Shown piece by piece: positions 59,131-64,000 of a DNA stretch of 64,000 nucleotides; position 1 is the first letter of the stretch, and every line of letters starts with the position of its first letter. The notes under the pieces are model-generated. The model searched no databases. It saw nothing but the letters and a program-made list of their open reading frames with translations, and was not told where the DNA came from. The stretch lies in NCBI GenBank assembly GCA_016839705.1, contig JAEOTR010000016.1:73556-137555 (forward strand), given 5' to 3'. This stretch comes from Promethearchaeota archaeon. Lineage in GTDB: Archaea > Asgardarchaeota > Lokiarchaeia > Sigyniarchaeales > SOKP01. The translations under genes were made by a program, and so were the position numbers.

Positions 59131-60033
59131 TTATTTATTCTTATATTTTTGATCTACCTTATGGAAATCCTCAAGTGCTTTAGACTTTAACCGATATTCT
59201 TCTTCCTTATCGAACTGTACTAATTTTTTAGAAATTTCACTTGCTTTTCTATATGAAATATAGGCATTATGAAAGTCTTCATTCCTTAAAAAATTCCGAG
59301 CTTCCTCGATTAGTTTTTCCCTCTCTTTTGAGAATTCAGGAGTACGCTTTGAAAATTGGCCTTTCTCTTTTAATGAATCTGCTATATCTATAATGTATAA
59401 TTCTTCAGCAATTTCCCCTGCTTTGAGATAAAATTTTGCCGCTTTTTCGAAATCCTGAGATTTTATGGCATTTTCAGCTGTTGTATAGAATTCAGAAATT
59501 TTAATATGATCTCCGGCTTCAATTTTCTCTAGTAAGTCCTGAGCTATTTTCCTTTCTTTCTTACCCCCACTCAGCATGAACTTGGTTATATTAATAATAT
59601 TCTTCTTCAATTGTTCAGGTTGAAGAATATCAACTAATGGTTCTAAATGCTCGAGGTAAATGTCTTTTAAGAGTGTTTCAAACTTCTCTTTTGGGATGTT
59701 TAGAATATTAAGACTTGGCATTTCTAAGGCTTCAGCAGCCGTTTTAAGAGAAGACCGGAATTTTTCTATCTCATCTTCTTCATTTAGTAGCATCCCGATT
59801 ATAATTCCTAAAGCTTTTCTTGCACCTTTTCCTTTAAAAATGTAATTATAAGAAAAAATATGATGTTCTTTTAACTTTAACAAATTATAATCGCTTTTGG
59901 AATGATCAAGATTTAATCTCAAAAAGATATCATTTGAAATTTCAAAATCTGATTTACCTTCTTTAAAATAGTACCCCAATATTCGATAGTCTGAATCTGA
60001 AGGGAGTAATATTACAAAACAGCCACTTGGCAT
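59131..60033 (-). CDS. Hypothetical protein: alpha/beta (longin/uDENN-like) N-terminus plus helical TPR/MIT-like repeats
   Basis: Beta-rich N-terminus ending GIIIGMLLNEEDEIEKFRSSL; two repeats A...DFxxA...YxKA.EI. Confidence 0.5.
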   Translation of the reverse strand: MPSGCFVILLPSDSDYRILGYYFKEGKSDFEISNDIFLRLNLDHSKSDYNLLKLKEHHIFSYNYIFKGKGARKALGIIIGMLLNEEDEIEKFRSSLKTAAEALEMPSLNILNIPKEKFETLLKDIYLEHLEPLVDILQPEQLKKNIINITKFMLSGGKKERKIAQDLLEKIEAGDHIKISEFYTTAENAIKSQDFEKAAKFYLKAGEIAEELYIIDIADSLKEKGQFSKRTPEFSKEREKLIEEARNFLRNEDFHNAYISYRKASEISKKLVQFDKEEEYRLKSKALEDFHKVDQKYKNK

Positions 60034-60097
60034 CTAAAATTAAACACCTTTTTAGTTTTAAGTGAAAAATATATTTATTTGGAATATTATTTTATAT

Positions 60098-60523
60098 TTA
60101 TTCTGATTCCTTTGTACTGATTATTCTATTAGTTTCTTCTCTTATAGATTGAATAATATTTAATAATTGTGCAAAGTATAGGTTATCTGCAACAGATTTT
60201 GAGGCTTGTTTTATTGTCTCAATCGCTTTCTTTTCTTCCTCCGTTATTGCTTCTATCGCCTTTTCATTCCAAAGGTCTTTTACTTTATTATTAAAATCTT
60301 CACTTAAATCTTGGAGGTTTTTACTAGATTGAATTCTAAATTGTTTCAAGACTTCTACAATTAACCGTATATTCTCTGTCATAGAAACCGTTTGCTCAGA
60401 AAATCTTTGGCTCATTTGGGCTATTGAACCACTCATTTGGTTAATCTGAGCAATTGTTCCATCTAAGGAGCTCATAATCTGATTAATCTTTTGAATCATC
60501 TCTTCTAATAATCGTTCTGCCAT
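60098..60523 (-). CDS. Coiled-coil hypothetical protein
   Basis: Heptad pattern throughout; AGGTGA upstream. Confidence 0.7.
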   Translation of the reverse strand: MAERLLEEMIQKINQIMSSLDGTIAQINQMSGSIAQMSQRFSEQTVSMTENIRLIVEVLKQFRIQSSKNLQDLSEDFNNKVKDLWNEKAIEAITEEEKKAIETIKQASKSVADNLYFAQLLNIIQSIREETNRIISTKESE

Positions 60524-60557
60524 TTTTTTCTCACCTAATTATAACAAATATCCTAAT

Positions 60558-60971
60558 TTATTCTATTACCTCTTGTTCTTTTAGAGATTCTTTTAGACTT
60601 TTTACAGTATCGATTGCCTCTGATAATAAAAGATTCACGGTATCCTGATTAAGAAGGCCTTCAGAAAGATTTGAAAAATCTTCAAGTTTTTTAATTAAAT
60701 TATTTAATGCATCCAATCCTAATCCTTCTTGTATCACTTTCAATTCTTTAGTTGTCCCCGTCCCGATTTCTTTTACAGCATCAATGTGTTTCGTTTGAGT
60801 TACATGGATCTCATTAGAAAATTCTTCTAATTTCCCGGTTAAATTTGAAATTTTTTCTTCAATGTTTATATTGAGAGCATTCAGAGAGGTATTTAGATCT
60901 TGTATTGATTTTCCCAATTGTGCTATCCTTTTATATATGTTCTGTAAAAGGTCAGTTAACATTTCAGCCAT
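60558..60971 (-). CDS. Coiled-coil hypothetical protein
   Basis: Heptad pattern; similar length and N-terminus (MAExL) to 60098. Confidence 0.7.
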   Translation of the reverse strand: MAEMLTDLLQNIYKRIAQLGKSIQDLNTSLNALNINIEEKISNLTGKLEEFSNEIHVTQTKHIDAVKEIGTGTTKELKVIQEGLGLDALNNLIKKLEDFSNLSEGLLNQDTVNLLLSEAIDTVKSLKESLKEQEVIE

Positions 60972-61208
60972 AGTAAATCCACTTTATCAATTTTTTTTTG
61001 AAGATGTAATTAACACTCATTTTTTCACTTTATAAATATAACAGATTACATCAATAAAAAAATATTCAATAAAAAAATATTTATCTTTTTTCTTATTTAA
61101 TTAGAATATAAACACAAACAAGATTAATAGCCATCGGATTAATTAATAAATATAAAAGAGTAATAATAATAGATACTTTAGAAAGAAAAATTGTGTTTCT
61201 AACAATTA

Positions 61209-61384
61209 GGGCCATTTGCTTAGCCTGGTTAACAAGGTTTTATATGCTTGGTCAACAAGCGCAGGTCTTATAAATGATCTTTGGACATACAATAAACCAA
61301 TTGTCCGAAAAAGTAAAAACCTGAGAGAAAAAGGGATTATCCCTTTTAGCGAGGAAATCCGGGGTTCAAATCCCCGATGGCCCA
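61209..61384 (+). tRNA. tRNA-Ile(UAU) with three introns (61232-61256, 61274-61318, 61326-61356)
   Basis: The 75-nt mature form GGGCCAT-TT-GCTT AGCCTGGTTA AAGC-G-CAGGT CTTATAA ACCTG-AGATC-CGGGG TTCAAAT CCCCG-ATGGCCC-A folds as a clean class I cloverleaf; each intron has a BHB-like motif. Confidence 0.85.
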
Positions 61385-61408
61385 TTTTTTATTAATTTTA
61401 AATAGATT

Positions 61409-61434
61409 CTTCGTGAAACATCAATTTCACGAAA
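61409..61434. repeat. 10-bp perfect inverted repeat between tRNA-Ile and the convergent gene
   Basis: TTTCGTGAAA-CATCAA-TTTCACGAAA. Confidence 0.6.
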
Positions 61435-61474
61435 ATTCATACATATTAGAGTGATAATAATTATTAAATAATCT

Positions 61475-62155
61475 CTATTTGTCTAAATGTTTACTAATTA
61501 AATCCAGAAGCCATTTTTTAATTTGTGTAAGATTTTTAATTATCCCTGGAATGAGATTCTCCGGAAAGTTTTGTTCATGATCTAATCTTTGTGCTGTTTC
61601 CATCCATTTATTTAATGCTAATTGAACAAGGCTAGATCCTTCAGCCTCCATAAATATCGGAACTACTGCAGCAGATTCTCTCGCATCACCAATTGCAAAA
61701 TAGATTTTACGATTGCTCTCTTTTAACATAACCAAATTCGCACATTCATCAAGTTTTCGCTCAACTAATATGCTTTTTAATATCTGAATTTTAATATCTT
61801 GTTCTTTTGAACTGTAAGTCTCTTTTCTTCTTATGAGATTTGGTTGTATTTCAGTAACTATTTTATCACCACTTGATCCTTCACTAAAATATTTAGTAAT
61901 TGTCAATCCATTATCTAATGTTTCGATAGAAGTGAATTTTTTAGTGTTTGAATAGAATACTGCCTTGGAACCTGCTTGATCTTCACTTGAAGCTAATTTT
62001 ATATAAATATTTCTCATCGTTACATTATTACATGTATGGTAAGCAATTTCAAATAGTTCTCTTGGTATTAAAGTATTATAAGGTTCTTCAATTTGTTTAG
62101 AAGGCCATTGAGAAGTAATAACACTATTATACTGAGATAAAAGTCGGTTTTCCAT
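61475..62155 (-). CDS. Hypothetical protein
   Basis: 226-aa ORF with ATG start and normal composition; no motif recognised. Confidence 0.7.
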   Translation of the reverse strand: MENRLLSQYNSVITSQWPSKQIEEPYNTLIPRELFEIAYHTCNNVTMRNIYIKLASSEDQAGSKAVFYSNTKKFTSIETLDNGLTITKYFSEGSSGDKIVTEIQPNLIRRKETYSSKEQDIKIQILKSILVERKLDECANLVMLKESNRKIYFAIGDARESAAVVPIFMEAEGSSLVQLALNKWMETAQRLDHEQNFPENLIPGIIKNLTQIKKWLLDLISKHLDK

Positions 62156-62276
62156 AGTGTTTCGATATATTTTTGGTAAATTAAAGTTAGAATAAATTTT
62201 ATTAAAATATAGTACTTCTAGTTTTTAATTATTTTTATTTCTGATTGAATAGAAATTTTGAGTATAGAAAGTATTT

Positions 62277-63644
62277 TTATTTTTGAGTAATTTGCTTATA
62301 AGCTTTTTCAAATCTCTCAACAGCAGAGATAATATCTTTTGTTTCTGAGCCTATGGCGGCATTCATAACTATATACGGGGTTGTATAATTTTCACAGCAA
62401 GTGCCAAATGATTTTTCCTTGGGATTGTAAACCCGAGGACCTGTTACACGTAAATTGTATAATGCTCCACCCAGAGCATATAGTTGTTCTGCTTTTAGGG
62501 TTTCTAAAGATAAAGCTACTGCTACAGGATTATATACTTCTAGCAATCTCTCATTAATTTTTTTAGCTACTTCTGATAATTTTTCCTCTAAAATTTTTCG
62601 ATTTTGTTGTTGTTCCTCAATCAATTTTTGATATCCACTAATTCCTAAGGAAAGCATAGAGATCAAGAAATTAACTACTGGTGTAGCGGAAGCTCGTCCA
62701 GCATATGCTTGGCTGATTTTATCTATGCTTTCATTATTAGGAGATGCAATCAAAGCACCCCCAATGGGAGTAAGAAAGTTTTTGTCAGTTGATTGAATAA
62801 TTGCATCAACTCTCCCGGCGTCTATTGCCGCTCGTATTAATTTCATCCATTCCGGGCTTTGAACTCCATAGGCATTAATAATAATATGAATAAGACCTTT
62901 ATCTTGAGCTAATCTGCTGATTTCTTTGAGATTATCATGTTCACGTGGGGGGAAAAAACTAGTTAATGATATAATAGCAAAACAATCATCGTCTAGGCTA
63001 GATTCTATGTCTTCAATTGGGATTCTAACAGCATCCCCCTGAATCCTACCTTTCACAATTTTAGTTTTTAATCCCATTAGATTTATTGCTTTTAAAAGTG
63101 CATTATGGTCGATTTGTGGAATTAAAACAGTTCTCTTATTTTCTTCTTTGGCATCATCGGTTCTTTGCCTTAATGCACCTAATGTTAAGGATAAAGACAT
63201 ACCTGTGCAAAGTGGTGTTATAATAGCTTTTTTTACATTCGGTAAACCAAAATTTCTTAAAATATCACGAGCCAAATAATTTGAGATTTCATACATAATT
63301 GATCCACCAGGCGCTTTGGGTTGTGGTGCTGTTAAAAATCCACTTCGTCCTACTCCATGGCAAAATCCTGCTGATGTTTTCAAATGCAGTTTTGAAGCGA
63401 TTCTTGCCTCTCGTTCTCCAACTCTTGCCGCATTGTTATCTTTATCAGTATCCATATTTGAAAGGGTTAGGAGTAGAAATTCAATTTGTTCATCACTCCA
63501 CGGTTCTTTTGGTACACTCTTTTGCTCAAATAAGGTCCTTATTGGTTTTACAAAATTATTAATAACAATCTGCCCTCTTTCAAGCATATTTTGAGGGATA
63601 GTAGAATTTTTAAAAAACTCGCTTATTTTATTAAAATCAACCAC
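62277..63644 (-). CDS. spcS: O-phosphoseryl-tRNA(Sec) selenium transferase (SepSecS)
   Basis: VGEREARI, HGVGRSG.L.APQPKAPG, TGMSL, NAYG, QSTDKNF (PLP lysine), YAGRAS; adjacent to tRNA-Sec. Confidence 0.95.
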   Translation of the reverse strand: MVDFNKISEFFKNSTIPQNMLERGQIVINNFVKPIRTLFEQKSVPKEPWSDEQIEFLLLTLSNMDTDKDNNAARVGEREARIASKLHLKTSAGFCHGVGRSGFLTAPQPKAPGGSIMYEISNYLARDILRNFGLPNVKKAIITPLCTGMSLSLTLGALRQRTDDAKEENKRTVLIPQIDHNALLKAINLMGLKTKIVKGRIQGDAVRIPIEDIESSLDDDCFAIISLTSFFPPREHDNLKEISRLAQDKGLIHIIINAYGVQSPEWMKLIRAAIDAGRVDAIIQSTDKNFLTPIGGALIASPNNESIDKISQAYAGRASATPVVNFLISMLSLGISGYQKLIEEQQQNRKILEEKLSEVAKKINERLLEVYNPVAVALSLETLKAEQLYALGGALYNLRVTGPRVYNPKEKSFGTCCENYTTPYIVMNAAIGSETKDIISAVERFEKAYKQITQK

Positions 63645-63873
63645 TCTACATCACTATAACTTCATATTAGAATTAATTTTTATACTAAGTAAGTAAAGTA
63701 AATAAAGTAATTTTTCAATTAACTTTTTTGGTATTTTATGAAAATCACACATGAGTTTATTTTAGAAATCTTAATTTAAAGACAACCAAGAATAGGGAGA
63801 AACTTGATTTCAATTGGATGAGATTATAAAAACTGAAAGAAATGGTTCAATTCTTTTGGGAAAAAAATAAAAA

Positions 63874-63999
63874 TGGCGGCCCTCGAGGGGAATCGAACCC
63901 CTATCCCTCCGCAGGATAACTGGGTTTGAAGCCCAGTGTCGGAGACCACTTATTGTTAGAGATCTAATCGATCTAATCAAATTCCAACCGTCAAGGGCC
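63874..63999 (-). tRNA. selC: tRNA-Sec(UCA), 9/4 fold, with a 33-nt intron (63950-63982) in the D-stem
   Basis: 9-bp acceptor GGCCCTTGA/TCGAGGGCC, 4-bp T-stem, 7-bp D-stem GTTGGAG/CTCCGAC after splicing, 6-bp anticodon stem with TCA, long variable arm, G73, encoded CCA. Confidence 0.93.
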
Positions 64000-64000
64000 A

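Noticed and set aside
61262-61323. Alternative splice register giving tRNA-Leu(UAA)
   Set aside because: The body is class I (4-bp D-stem, 5-nt variable loop after splicing, Ile-like acceptor), and the BHB helix TTAT/GTAA places the cuts after the UAU anticodon.
718-63594. Numerous 60-146 aa ORFs overlapping longer genes (e.g. 718-963, 19772-20086, 43808-44248, 47938-48297, 51321-51623, 63299-63594)
   Set aside because: They are antisense or alternate-frame shadows of well-supported genes, with no motifs.
1-64000. CRISPR arrays, transposases, integrases, rRNA genes, selenoprotein genes/SECIS
   Set aside because: None recognised. The tRNA genes are not flanked by integrase genes or att-like duplications, and no ORF needs UGA readthrough.

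Overview
AT-rich archaeal chromosomal segment, almost certainly from an Asgard archaeon of the Lokiarchaeia type (inferred from archaeal ribosomal proteins and SecY, ether-lipid enzymes, a Vps28-like ESCRT-I protein, and SepSecS next to a 9/4-fold tRNA-Sec). It holds about 60 mostly housekeeping or metabolic genes: an ether-lipid cluster, a glycoside/sulfatase cluster, leu/ilv/aro genes, two orphan DNA methyltransferases, the rpl11-1-10-12 operon and secY. No CRISPR array or mobile element is visible. The most striking signal is RNA splicing. I can fold seven bulge-helix-bulge (BHB)-type introns by eye. Six lie in three tRNA genes: tRNA-Ser(GGA) has 2, tRNA-Ile(UAU) has 3, and tRNA-Sec has 1 inside the D-stem. 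The seventh is a 29-nt BHB intron in a protein-coding gene missed by the ORF track (40522-40730). Its removal at the standard BHB cut sites creates an ATG codon at the junction, restores the frame and joins two CxxC halves into a 59-aa zinc-ribbon protein. Other points of interest are LITAF-like membrane zinc-ribbon paralogs, a Vps28/Yip1-like gene pair, a longin-like plus coiled-coil operon, several apparent CTG/ATT/ATA start codons, and a structured leader before rpl11. All assignments come from motif recognition and manual folding; no database searches were run.
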